DNA from: a virus
Reading direction: 5' to 3' (one strand)
DNA: 32,650 nt
Virus record (IMG/VR): IMGVR_UViG_3300020442_000004
Numbering within the stretch: position 1 is the stretch's first letter; each line of letters begins with the position of its first letter. The translations under genes were made by a program, and so were the position numbers. The notes under the pieces are model-generated. The model saw only the letters and a list, made by a program, of their open reading frames with translations. It was not told the DNA's origin and ran no database searches. Shown one piece after another: positions 1-9,546 of this stretch.

Positions 1-77
1 AAACACAAAGCACCGGAAAACGGGGAATACTCGCAAGAAGTAATCACAGAAGAGTTAGGGATTGATGAAGATGATCC
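1..77. repeat. Terminal direct repeat, copy 1. It is identical to 32574..32650, which indicates a circular/complete contig or a short terminal redundancy.
   Basis: Base-by-base comparison: aaacacaaagcaccggaaaacggggaatactcgcaagaagtaatcacagaagagttagggattgatgaagatgatcc occurs at both window ends. Confidence 0.95.
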
Positions 78-543
78 TATGCTTGAACCATATAATGAAT
101 GGGCAAACAAGCACGGGATATCTCAAGCTGCTTACGATGATCTGGCAAGAAGAATGATCGGTCAAGCAATGGATAATCAAGTTGATACTGCACAAACAGT
201 TGCAGATATGAAGGCAGAACTTGGAGCAGATGCCGATAATATTCTAAAATCAAATATCCAATGGGCAGATGGTCAAGTTGCCAAAGGTATCTTTTCAGAA
301 GAGGAAAGAGAAGAACTTGATATTATGGGTGGAACTCCAACGGCACAAAGAATACTTGTGAAGTTAAGGAATATGATAGGAGATATGGCACCTATACCAA
401 CTGCCTCTGCTCCAGAGGGTATGGAAAGTGAAGATGAGTTTAGAGCCAAAATGAAAGTGGCTATGGATGATCCTCGTTACGGCGTTGATACTAATTATAC
501 GAGAGATGTTGAAAATAACTTTGTTAGAAGATATAACAGATAA
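1..543 (+). CDS. Scaffolding-like acidic protein, 3' part. The ORF starts at 32271 and continues across the window junction (about 281 aa in total).
   Basis: Frame 1 is open from position 1 and is in frame with the listed 79..543 ORF. The same frame is open from ATG 32271 to the window end through the 77-nt overlap. The product is acidic and helical, and the gene sits between portal and major capsid as T7 gp9 does. Confidence 0.6.
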   Translation, partial: KHKAPENGEYSQEVITEELGIDEDDPMLEPYNEWANKHGISQAAYDDLARRMIGQAMDNQVDTAQTVADMKAELGADADNILKSNIQWADGQVAKGIFSEEEREELDIMGGTPTAQRILVKLRNMIGDMAPIPTASAPEGMESEDEFRAKMKVAMDDPRYGVDTNYTRDVENNFVRRYNR

Positions 544-648
544 GTCAGAGGATAATTCACAGAGAGAGCTTGTTAGTGAGACCTCTAGTATTACCTTCTC
601 TACCGACCTAGGGGATGTCGTAAAACTCCCCACCAACTAAGGAGAAAA

Positions 649-759
649 ATGACACTACCAGATATTATTGATAAGGCTAAAGATCTTTGGCAGAGAACTC
701 CTCCGAAGATCCAATTAGTTTTATTTGCAATTTATTCTATCATTCTAATAATCTTGTAA
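649..759 (+). CDS. Small hypothetical protein (36 aa) with a hydrophobic C-terminal segment.
   Basis: ATG is preceded by AAGGAG (639-644). Translation is MTLPDIIDKAKDLWQRTPPKIQLVLFAIYSIILIIL. It falls below the ORF-track length cutoff. Confidence 0.35.
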   Translation: MTLPDIIDKAKDLWQRTPPKIQLVLFAIYSIILIIL

Positions 760-958
760 TACAACATATTGTATTAATTATCTGTACAAGCCACACATTG
801 TATGATAAATATTATAAGTGAATGATAACAGTTGGATTACTGCCATTCTGTTGCAGATCAAATTCTGTCAATGCCTATAGAACTAGGTAGAGGACAGCCC
901 AAGGTGTTCTTGGATAACTAACCTCGCTTAATTTAATAATGAGTAAAGGAGTTTAGTT

Positions 959-1819
959 ATGACTACTCAAGCAAATCTATCTCCGGCTTTTGTTCAATTA
1001 TTTGATGCAGAAGTGCATCAAGCCTATCAGAGCTCGGCAGTTCTGAATGGTGCAGCGAGAACAAGAACGGGAGTAGTTGGCTCTACTGTAAATTTTCCTA
1101 AAGTAGGAAAAGGACAAGCTAGTGTGAGAACACCGGCTACTGATGTAGTGCCACTTAACACGGCCTTTAGTTCGGTATCCTGTAGCCTCACAGACTATGT
1201 GGCAGCAGAGTATAGCGACATCTTTTTGCAAACCAAGATTAATTTTGACGAGCGAAGAGAATTGGCACAAGTAGTGGGAAATGCCATTGGTAGGAGGCAA
1301 GATCAGGTGCTATTAGATGCACTTGGAACTGCATCTGCCGGTTCCACAGTAGCGAATACTGTTGTTACAACAGGATCTGCTACGGCATCAAACCTTAATG
1401 TAGGTAAGATTATTGAGGCGAAAAAGTTGTTGGATAAGAAAAATGTTCCGGCACAAAATCGTCATATGATTATTCACGCCAATAATCTTAGTGGATTGCT
1501 CTCAGATGAAAGAGCTATTAGTTCTGATTTCCAGACAATCCAAGCCTTAGTTCAAGGATCTATTAACCAGATGATGGGATTTACCTTTCATATTCTCGGA
1601 GACCGAGATGAAGGAGGCTTATCAATTGATGGAAGTAATGACAGGACTTGTTTTGCTTTTCATCAATCTGCCGTAGGCGTAGCCGTAGGTATAGCACCAT
1701 CCACAGAAATCAACTATATTGCAGAGAAGACGAGCTTCTTAGTTACCGGAAAATTGAGTATGGGAAGTGTCGTGATTGATACTGATGGTCTAGTTGATGT
1801 AACTTGTAGGGAGGCATAA
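959..1819 (+). CDS. Major capsid protein.
   Basis: Strong RBS (AAGGAG) upstream. It follows the scaffold-like gene. The N-terminal pattern (F..LFDAEV.QAYQ ... TVNFPKVGKG) resembles podovirus HK97-fold capsid proteins. A hairpin pair follows the next small gene. Confidence 0.8.
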   Translation: MTTQANLSPAFVQLFDAEVHQAYQSSAVLNGAARTRTGVVGSTVNFPKVGKGQASVRTPATDVVPLNTAFSSVSCSLTDYVAAEYSDIFLQTKINFDERRELAQVVGNAIGRRQDQVLLDALGTASAGSTVANTVVTTGSATASNLNVGKIIEAKKLLDKKNVPAQNRHMIIHANNLSGLLSDERAISSDFQTIQALVQGSINQMMGFTFHILGDRDEGGLSIDGSNDRTCFAFHQSAVGVAVGIAPSTEINYIAEKTSFLVTGKLSMGSVVIDTDGLVDVTCREA

Positions 1820-1821
1820 TT

Positions 1822-2103
1822 ATGGCTTTTGATCGTAAACAATGGAACCCTATTGGTGGGCAATCAAAAAAAGGTACTGCACCTCAAATGTTCAGTTACA
1901 CTACAACAGATAGCCAAGCTACTGTTAGAGCATCTGGATATATGAATGATGTGGCACAAGATGTTTCAGTAGGCGATATTATATTCGTCAATGCATCTAC
2001 AGGAGGTACACTAACTGCATCAATACACACAGTAGTTAGTAATGCATCTAATGTAGTTGACTTATCAGACGGCACGACTATTGCTCAAACTGATACTGAT
2101 TAA
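1822..2103 (+). CDS. Hypothetical 93-aa protein immediately after the capsid gene (possible head decoration or accessory protein).
   Basis: GGGAGG RBS, start 3 nt after the capsid stop. The functional call rests on position only. Confidence 0.5.
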   Translation: MAFDRKQWNPIGGQSKKGTAPQMFSYTTTDSQATVRASGYMNDVAQDVSVGDIIFVNASTGGTLTASIHTVVSNASNVVDLSDGTTIAQTDTD

Positions 2104-2110
2104 TTAACTT

Positions 2111-2157
2111 AGAGGAGGGGAGCAATCCCCTCTTCTTAAATGTTCCCTGTGGAACAT
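2111..2157 (+). terminator. Two tandem hairpins after the capsid module (candidate attenuating or intrinsic terminator).
   Basis: Hairpin 1 is agaggagggga-gcaa-tcccctcttct (2111-2136, one mismatch) followed by ttcttaaa. Hairpin 2 is atgttcc-ctgt-ggaacat (2140-2157). Confidence 0.5.
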
Positions 2158-2173
2158 ACAAGAAAGGAATGTT

Positions 2174-2803
2174 ATGGCAGTTGGAGATACCGATGTTGGA
2201 ATTGTAAATAAAGCTCTCTTGTTCCTAGGTTCCGATGTCATAACATCTTTTCAAGATGGAACACCACAAGCTACAATATCCAAGAATTTATATAACAATG
2301 TAAAACAATCTACATTAGGAATGTATAGATGGAGTTTTACTATAGCTAAAACAGAATTAGCTAGAGACACAGTTACACCAAAATCTGAATGGACATATCA
2401 GTATTTATTACCAAATGATATGATAACAGGAGTTCCCGAGGCAGTAAGAACTACCGGATCCCCGGGAGGAGCATTATTCACAGGATGGGAAATAAATCAA
2501 AGTTCTGGTGGTGGTGCAGTTCTAATGACAGAGGCTACCGAAATACACATAGATTATCAGAAAACAGTAAGTGAAGGTAATATGCCTGTTTACTTTGTTA
2601 CCTTACTTGCATATCAGATGGCTTGGCATATTGCCGAGGCTATAACAGATCAGACAACAAAAGCAGAGTATTGGAGAACAGTTGCCCTCGGAACGGCAGC
2701 AGAAGGATTGAGAGGTGGTTTTTTTAGACAAGCCTGTGCAATAGATAGTGGAGGGCAAACACCTCAAGTGATTGGGGATTATTTGCTTACAGATATTAGA
2801 TGA
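2174..2803 (+). CDS. Tail tubular protein A / adaptor (T7 gp11-like).
   Basis: The N-terminal pattern VNKALLFLGSDVITSFQDGTPQA...NLYNNVKQSTLGMYRWSF parallels T7 gp11 (VNDILASIGEPPVSTLEGD...ILNKINRQIQSRGWTF). Size is similar (209 aa) and it precedes a gp12-like gene. Confidence 0.6.
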   Translation: MAVGDTDVGIVNKALLFLGSDVITSFQDGTPQATISKNLYNNVKQSTLGMYRWSFTIAKTELARDTVTPKSEWTYQYLLPNDMITGVPEAVRTTGSPGGALFTGWEINQSSGGGAVLMTEATEIHIDYQKTVSEGNMPVYFVTLLAYQMAWHIAEAITDQTTKAEYWRTVALGTAAEGLRGGFFRQACAIDSGGQTPQVIGDYLLTDIR

Positions 2804-4863
2804 GCAGAATACAACAATACCAAGCCTCTTTTACAGTTGGAGAGATGGATCCTTTATTAAGAGGAAGGGTAGATCTACAACAATATTACAATTCTGTATC
2901 AGAGGCTACTAATGTAATCTTTGAGCCTCAAGGTGGTTTTAGTCGTAGACCGGGATTAAGATTTATACAAGACATAACAGGCGATAGTCCAGAGAATGGA
3001 CATATGCTTATCCCGTTTGAATTTAGTACATCATCAAACTTTATGGTAATTGCATCGGCTACTATAACTACTATGCCTAATGCAAAAATTAGATTTAGAA
3101 TATATAAAGATCAACAACTCATTACTAATATAAATGGATCTGGGGATGATTACTTAGAATATGGTGTCGGAACTTTATATGGAACAACAAGTTTTGATAT
3201 CAATCAAATGTACTATACACAAAGTGCAGATACTTTAATTTGTGTTCATCCTTCCTTTAGACCATTTAGTTTAGTAAGAGGTGCAACAGATAATGATTGG
3301 ACGGCTACAAGTCTTGCCGGATCACTAACAATTCCAAGACACGCTTTTACATTAGTTACTACCAGACCAACAACAACATTAACTCCTAATAAAGTAGACG
3401 GAACAGTTACCCTTACTGCCGGCTCAAGTATTTTTCAAAGCACAGATGTAGATCAGTTTGTTGAAGTAGATGACGGCTTTGGAAGATTAAGGATTACTCA
3501 GTTCATATCTGGTACTGAAGTAAAGGGAATAACAGAAGTTCCTTTTTTTGATACTACTGCTATAGCATCAAATACTTATATTATTGAAAGAGGTTATGAA
3601 GATAGTTGGTCAGATCAGAGAGGGTGGCCGAGGACGGCAACCTTTCACGAAGGCAGATTATATTTTGGTGGATCGGCATCTTTGCCTTCAACATTATTTG
3701 GATCTAAGGTAAATGATTTCTTTAACTTCAAAGCTGCAGAAGGTTTAGACGATGATGCACTAAAGGTTACTTTGGCTACAGACCAAGTTAACTCTATTAC
3801 GGCTCTTAGATCCGGGAGAGATCTCCAGATTTTCACAACCGGTTCCGAGTTCTTTGTACCACAGGGCGATCTAGATCCTATTACACCAAGCAATATTGTT
3901 ATTAAGTCTGCAACAAAAAGAGGAGCAAAGCCTAACATAAGACCACAAGCTGCCGAAGGTGGTACTTTATTTATTCAAAGACAGGGTAAAAGTATAAGAG
4001 AGTTATTGTTTTCTGATGTTGAATTATCTTATGTTGCAAATAACATTTCTCTTTTAGCGTCACATTTAATTGTAGATCCAAAAAGATTAGCACTTAGAAG
4101 AGCTACAGATACTACCGAAGGAGACTTGCTTATGGTCTTAAATGGTACTGATGCATCTGGTTATAGATCTGCAAGTCAAAGTGCTATTGGTGGTATTGCT
4201 GCCTATATGTTAAACAAAGGACAGAACATTGTAGCACCATCTTTATTGGTTACTGATGGTGTTTTTACAGATGTTAGCACAGATCTAGATGACATCTTTG
4301 TTGTTGTTAAAAGAAACATAGGTGGATCTGACAAGTATTTTGTAGAGGTATTTGATGACGACTTCACAACAGATAGTGGTGTTCAAGTTACGAGTGGGTT
4401 CTCCGGAACTACCTATGGAGGACTATCGCATTTGGATGGTAAGTCAGTAGATGTTATTAGAGATGATATAGTAGATCCTAGATCAACTGTATCCGGTGGT
4501 AACTTTACAACATCAATTGCACCAACCTCATATGTAGAAAGTGGTTTACCCTTTACTATAAATGTCGTTACACAATCTGTAGAAACAAGATTGCCTTCCG
4601 GCGTTATCCAAGGAATGAAGAAAAGAATATTAGAGATAACTCCTGTACTTTATAAAACACAAAATATTACAATTAATGGCAGACAAATACCTCTTAACAC
4701 TTACCCGGCAAGTGGGGTGGGAGGAGTATTCAGTTATACAGGAGTAACTAAAACTCCGGGATTTTTAGGTTATAACCAAGAGGCAAGAATAACAATATCA
4801 CAAGACCAACCGGTATTCTTAACTGTTTTGAGTTTAGATTATAAGGTTAGTGTTGGACAATAG
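2800..4863 (+). CDS. Tail tubular protein B / nozzle (T7 gp12-like).
   Basis: 687 aa, overlaps the gp11-like gene by 4 nt. The N-terminal G..DP..R.R.DL..Y...V....N....P.GG.SRRPG pattern resembles podovirus nozzle proteins. Confidence 0.55.
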   Translation: MSRIQQYQASFTVGEMDPLLRGRVDLQQYYNSVSEATNVIFEPQGGFSRRPGLRFIQDITGDSPENGHMLIPFEFSTSSNFMVIASATITTMPNAKIRFRIYKDQQLITNINGSGDDYLEYGVGTLYGTTSFDINQMYYTQSADTLICVHPSFRPFSLVRGATDNDWTATSLAGSLTIPRHAFTLVTTRPTTTLTPNKVDGTVTLTAGSSIFQSTDVDQFVEVDDGFGRLRITQFISGTEVKGITEVPFFDTTAIASNTYIIERGYEDSWSDQRGWPRTATFHEGRLYFGGSASLPSTLFGSKVNDFFNFKAAEGLDDDALKVTLATDQVNSITALRSGRDLQIFTTGSEFFVPQGDLDPITPSNIVIKSATKRGAKPNIRPQAAEGGTLFIQRQGKSIRELLFSDVELSYVANNISLLASHLIVDPKRLALRRATDTTEGDLLMVLNGTDASGYRSASQSAIGGIAAYMLNKGQNIVAPSLLVTDGVFTDVSTDLDDIFVVVKRNIGGSDKYFVEVFDDDFTTDSGVQVTSGFSGTTYGGLSHLDGKSVDVIRDDIVDPRSTVSGGNFTTSIAPTSYVESGLPFTINVVTQSVETRLPSGVIQGMKKRILEITPVLYKTQNITINGRQIPLNTYPASGVGGVFSYTGVTKTPGFLGYNQEARITISQDQPVFLTVLSLDYKVSVGQ

Positions 4864-4875
4864 AAGGAGAGTAAA

Positions 4876-5610
4876 ATGAGTGGATTAGAACCTGTACTTT
4901 TGGCAGCTGCAATCGGAGGAACTGCTTTACAATATATGGCAACTGTTGATGCCGGTAAGGCCGAGAAAGGATTGATGGAGGCTAGAGCTCGTGAGGCAGA
5001 GATCCAAGGTAGAAGAGAGGCAATTAACTATAAAGAAAAAGGAATAGAAGATTTAAAACAACTAAACAAAACTATGGCTACTCTTAATGCCCGTGCCGGA
5101 TCTGGAAATATGAACCCGTACTCTACAGGAGATACAACAGATATTCTTATGGGTTATTCACTTAGAGAGGCAGTAAACGATTTTACAGTAGCCAGAGACA
5201 ATGCAACCATATCAACTCAAATGGGTCAGTTCCAAGCAGCGAATTATAGAGTAGCCGGAGAGAATGCTCTTAGAACTGCTAAGAAAAGTGCAATGGCCGG
5301 AGTGTTTACAAATGTTGCTACTGTTGGATTAACTTATGGGCCTTCTGCTGCCCCAAGTTTATTTCCGAATATGAGTAAGACAACGACAACAAGTGATATA
5401 AGAGCAAAAGAAAACATTAAGAAAGTTGGAGTACATCACGAGACAGGATTGAATTTGTATATGTTTAATTACATTTGGGATAAAACTAAATACATAGGAG
5501 TAATTGCTCAAGAAGTATTAGAAAAATTTCCAAAAGCAGTTGATCATTCAGATCACTTCTTAGCCGTTGACTATAGTGTTCTTGGTCTTGAATTTAAAAA
5601 GGTAGTGTAA
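4876..5610 (+). CDS. Virion protein with a C-terminal peptidase-S74-like intramolecular chaperone domain (possible trimeric needle or plug).
   Basis: The C-terminus TTTTSDIRAKENIKKV...YIGVIAQEVLEKFPKAV...LAVDYSVLG matches the S74 autoproteolytic chaperone signature (S-D-x-R-x-K-x-N-I ... G-x-I-A-Q-E ... V-D-Y). The S74-like part is about 5392-5607. Confidence 0.7.
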   Translation: MSGLEPVLLAAAIGGTALQYMATVDAGKAEKGLMEARAREAEIQGRREAINYKEKGIEDLKQLNKTMATLNARAGSGNMNPYSTGDTTDILMGYSLREAVNDFTVARDNATISTQMGQFQAANYRVAGENALRTAKKSAMAGVFTNVATVGLTYGPSAAPSLFPNMSKTTTTSDIRAKENIKKVGVHHETGLNLYMFNYIWDKTKYIGVIAQEVLEKFPKAVDHSDHFLAVDYSVLGLEFKKVV

Positions 5611-5614
5611 GTCT

Positions 5615-7612
5615 ATGGCAGAGGCAAAGGTATATGAGAGAAGAAGGGTAGGACAACTAAACATACCCCGAATTGATTTCGCTGCAGAACGATCTCTAAT
5701 CCAATCACAAAAACAAATGGCAAATGATCTTGCTGCTATGAATAAATTTGTGTTTGGTCAATTAGAAGGCGTAGTCAAAGAACGAGCAAAAAGATATGGA
5801 GTAGAAAATGCTCCCGGCTTAGAACAACTAGAAGATATATATAACTACAATAGAGGCATTGAAGATGCCAGAGCTATACCGGAAGATCAAAGATCTGATG
5901 AACAACAAGAAATAGCAGAACGAGATCTAAAAAAATTAGAAGGTGTCGGCGATAGCTATAGCGTCTTTGGTAAAACTGCTAAAGCCTTTTATCTTGATAG
6001 TGCTAGTAAGACAATTGAAACTCTTGCTAAAAAAGAAATACTCTCACTTATAACTATAGCCGAGCAGAACGACACTCCATATGCAGATATCAAAGATCAA
6101 TTACAGGATGTTGTTGATGGCTACACAGAGACATTAGCAGATCAAGATCAGTTTGTAGGTAAACTGCTAAATTCAGAATTATCTTTGTTTGCATACTCAC
6201 AGGGCCAGGATTATGCAAGATCAGAATTAGCTAAACTAAGAGATAAAAGAAAAGCAGAATTTACAGTTACCACAGAAACTTTCTTTGAAGGATTGCCTAA
6301 TGAAATTCAATATTTAGTAAATGCAGAAATACTAAGTAAGGAAGGTATAAAAGATAAAGATGGCAAAGTTGTTAAAGATGAAATTGCAATTAGAAGTATA
6401 GTTGGCAACAAAAGAATAGATGACAAGTTTGCCTCTATAATTGCACAGATGCCCGGTCTTGGTTTTAAAAGTCCGGCTATAAGACAGATGCGAGATGATT
6501 TTAATAAAGCAGTTTTAAATGCTCAAATGGTAGTTATTAAAAAACATATGCTTGAGAATGAAAATCCAGAGGTACTTGTAAACAATATTAAGAAGGCTGC
6601 TAAGATTATATCTTCACTTACTAAGAAAGATGGAACTCTTAGAATACCAAGCGATGCACAAAAAAAACAACTAAGTGCAATTCCAAAAGAAGTTGTAAAC
6701 GCTTTAGTCATTGGAGATAGCAATGATACATTAGATATTTTAAAAGCTATAAGAGATGAGAAGAAAGCAGAAAATGAATACAACACTTCTAATCTTAATA
6801 TGGCAGATAAAATTAGAAAAGATAGATCTAGAATTAAAAACAATGATTTTTTTAATTTAAGTCAATCCATTACACCGGATAATGAAAATGATATATTTAA
6901 TCAAATGGAAGTTTTACTAGCTACATATAAATCAGAAGGTCTAGATACAGGCGTTGGAAGTGACTATCAAAAGAATGTACAGGCATTAGAGAACCTAAAA
7001 GCCGGTATACCTATTATAGAAACTGCTACTCAGTTAGATACAGAAATTGCTCTTGTTAATGATCTAAATAGAGAAAACCCAGAATATAACACGGCAGATA
7101 TAAATCTATTGTATAGTGCCGGAACGCTTACAAGAAAAGCATACCTAGAATATTCTAAATTATATCAAGCACAGGGAGATAAAAATTTTAAAGAGGCACA
7201 AGCAATAATCAGAGCTAGAATGGGTATACCTACTAACGCTATCTATGGAGCCGGCGATCTTAAAAAAGGTAAACTAGCAATATACAAAAGATTTGAAAGT
7301 CAACTTTTAAGAAAAAGAGATGAGTTTCAAGGAGAAGGAACCTTTGATGCCGTTGAGTGGGTTACTGCTAATATAGATAACTTTGTTTTTGATACCGATA
7401 AAGAGTTTTATGGAAAAGAATATGCAGAGTTAATGGATTGGGTAAATACAAAAGGGGGTACTAAAAAAGCTGCAGATCAAATGATTGAAAAATTTATTAG
7501 AGATGGCGATCAAGAACAAGCAGACGAATTTAAATCATTTAATAAAAGGATAGCAGATTATAATAAAGCTAATCCTAGAAATATGATACCGGGATGGGAG
7601 CCTAGTCCATAA
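5615..7612 (+). CDS. Internal virion / ejection protein candidate (665 aa, coiled-coil rich).
   Basis: Long ORF in the position of the T7 gp14-16 analogues. Charged, helical composition. No enzymatic motif recognised. Confidence 0.5.
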   Translation: MAEAKVYERRRVGQLNIPRIDFAAERSLIQSQKQMANDLAAMNKFVFGQLEGVVKERAKRYGVENAPGLEQLEDIYNYNRGIEDARAIPEDQRSDEQQEIAERDLKKLEGVGDSYSVFGKTAKAFYLDSASKTIETLAKKEILSLITIAEQNDTPYADIKDQLQDVVDGYTETLADQDQFVGKLLNSELSLFAYSQGQDYARSELAKLRDKRKAEFTVTTETFFEGLPNEIQYLVNAEILSKEGIKDKDGKVVKDEIAIRSIVGNKRIDDKFASIIAQMPGLGFKSPAIRQMRDDFNKAVLNAQMVVIKKHMLENENPEVLVNNIKKAAKIISSLTKKDGTLRIPSDAQKKQLSAIPKEVVNALVIGDSNDTLDILKAIRDEKKAENEYNTSNLNMADKIRKDRSRIKNNDFFNLSQSITPDNENDIFNQMEVLLATYKSEGLDTGVGSDYQKNVQALENLKAGIPIIETATQLDTEIALVNDLNRENPEYNTADINLLYSAGTLTRKAYLEYSKLYQAQGDKNFKEAQAIIRARMGIPTNAIYGAGDLKKGKLAIYKRFESQLLRKRDEFQGEGTFDAVEWVTANIDNFVFDTDKEFYGKEYAELMDWVNTKGGTKKAADQMIEKFIRDGDQEQADEFKSFNKRIADYNKANPRNMIPGWEPSP

Positions 7613-9546
7613 TGAGTGAATTAGAATTATTTAGTAAAATATATATGGAAGAGGCTAACGCCGAAGAGTTCGGAAATGGGAACCGATTTATTTACTTTGA
7701 TAAAAAGAAGAATACTCAAGTCATAGAAGATGGCGATGTTCCTATGGAACAAGGTTATCCCGGGATGATGGATGTAGATAGCGATGAGGCACAGACCTAC
7801 GATGCAAAAAGATTAAGAGTATTTGGTTTCCCGGATGCAGCACTAGATCCAGAAGAGATTGACAAAGTAAGGAAGATGAAAGAGGGATCTCAGATTACAG
7901 ACAAGAATTGGATTACTGCATCTAAAATTATGCATACATATCTTACTGATAATAAAATTGATCTCACTAAAAATTTAGTTGTTAATCAAGATCCGGACAT
8001 TAAAGGAGAAAAAATGTCTGATAATGATTATGCAGAATGGGGTAGAGATTGGATGAGTTCTGTTAATAACAATCTAAGTTACTTTGTTGCAGACTACACA
8101 AGGATGGGAGATCTCCCGAAGGAGGTTGCACAATCATTTTACTATCTTATGGAAACTTCAGATAGAGAAGGATTACTTTTTAAAAACTTCAAGACAGGAT
8201 TGTACTACACATTCCAAGATGCAGCGAACTACTTTGGATTAACTACATTAGGACTAGCACTTATACCAAAGTATTTAGGCAAAAGAGCAACAAAAGAGGC
8301 AATAAAAAAATCATTAATGAAAAAGATATTTGGTAAGCCTACTACAATGCAAGTGATTGTAGGTGCAGATGCCGGGGCATATACATTGCTAGACGATGCA
8401 GTAAGGCAGAATGTTAGTATAGATGCAGATGTCCAAGAAGAATATAGCAAACTTCAAGGTGGAGCAATGTTTACTGCCGGAGCCGTGTTAGGTAGTGGTA
8501 TAACAAGAGCAACAGAAGTAGGTGTTGATGTCGCTAAGAAAGGTATAGATAAGGTAAAACAGATTAGATCGGGAACTAATGTAGATAATACTGCGAACAA
8601 ACCAGAGCCTTTTCCTATTCCAGATAATCCATTTGAAAAGAATACTAAAACATTTTCTCTAGCTACATCTAAAGAAGAACTAATTGAAGGTGCGAAAATA
8701 TCCGAGGACGCTAGAACTTGGTATACTAGGCACAATGAAACAATAGAAGAATTGTTTGGAGAGGATGCACAATTATTTAAAGAACTTATTGGAGTGACAT
8801 CACAACAAGCCTCTGTAGATGAGAATATAGCTAGAGCTATGATGGCGTATGATTATCTTAAAACACACGGCACTTTTAAAAAATTACAAGCAAAAACTAA
8901 AAATGTAGTAAATCCAACAGAACATCATTTACCTCTATTATCTGGAGTAATAGGTAATCTTAGAAGGTTAGAAGGTGTAGATCCATCTGCTACCGGGAAA
9001 CTTGCTACTCAAAAAGGTATCCGGGAAAGAATGGGTTATGAGCCTACAGAAACTACCTTTGGTATAAAAACTTATTTAGGTGGTAATAAAGTTCCAGACT
9101 TTGTTGAGGCAATGTTTGAAGGAACTGATGAAGTTGTTACAATGGATAGGCATATGATCCAAATATTGTTTGGAGAAAAAGCACAAGTTAACAATAGTTC
9201 TATGGCAGAAGGTAAAAGAATAATAACAGAAATTGCTAATGAGTTGGGTTGGACACCTAAAGAAACTCAAGCAGCTGTTTGGAGCTTTAATCAAATCAAA
9301 GATAGTGATATAGTAAAAAGGAAAGGAGTAGATTTAACAGATGTCAGAGACTACAAAAAAGCAATTGAAGAACGAAGAGATGCAATCAACGAACTCGTCT
9401 CAAAGTTTCAGAACCCTCAAGGACAGAGCAAGAGCTCACGATCTGGGAGCAATGTTGTTACAGAAGATAATAGAAAGACAACAGGGGCAAAACAAGAAAC
9501 AGACCAATTAATAGATCCGGGAGGGGATAAAGATGGCGATCAATAG
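7612..9546 (+). CDS. Internal virion protein candidate (644 aa).
   Basis: ATGA-type overlap with the previous gene. The call rests on position. No domain recognised with certainty. Confidence 0.5.
   Translation: MSELELFSKIYMEEANAEEFGNGNRFIYFDKKKNTQVIEDGDVPMEQGYPGMMDVDSDEAQTYDAKRLRVFGFPDAALDPEEIDKVRKMKEGSQITDKNWITASKIMHTYLTDNKIDLTKNLVVNQDPDIKGEKMSDNDYAEWGRDWMSSVNNNLSYFVADYTRMGDLPKEVAQSFYYLMETSDREGLLFKNFKTGLYYTFQDAANYFGLTTLGLALIPKYLGKRATKEAIKKSLMKKIFGKPTTMQVIVGADAGAYTLLDDAVRQNVSIDADVQEEYSKLQGGAMFTAGAVLGSGITRATEVGVDVAKKGIDKVKQIRSGTNVDNTANKPEPFPIPDNPFEKNTKTFSLATSKEELIEGAKISEDARTWYTRHNETIEELFGEDAQLFKELIGVTSQQASVDENIARAMMAYDYLKTHGTFKKLQAKTKNVVNPTEHHLPLLSGVIGNLRRLEGVDPSATGKLATQKGIRERMGYEPTETTFGIKTYLGGNKVPDFVEAMFEGTDEVVTMDRHMIQILFGEKAQVNNSSMAEGKRIITEIANELGWTPKETQAAVWSFNQIKDSDIVKRKGVDLTDVRDYKKAIEERRDAINELVSKFQNPQGQSKSSRSGSNVVTEDNRKTTGAKQETDQLIDPGGDKDGDQ

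Noticed and set aside
364-636. Antisense or alternate-frame ORFs listed in the track. Examples: 364..636(-), 998..1300(-), 3645..3938(-), 6523..6843(-), 8229..8735(-), 9739..9996(-), 13581..14123(-), 18890..19267(+), 19473..19748(+), 22406..23025(+), 24692..25297(-), 27921..28155.
   Set aside because: Each lies entirely inside a longer ORF that has an RBS, operon context and recognisable protein features. They lack RBSs and have odd composition, so they are most likely frame shadows.
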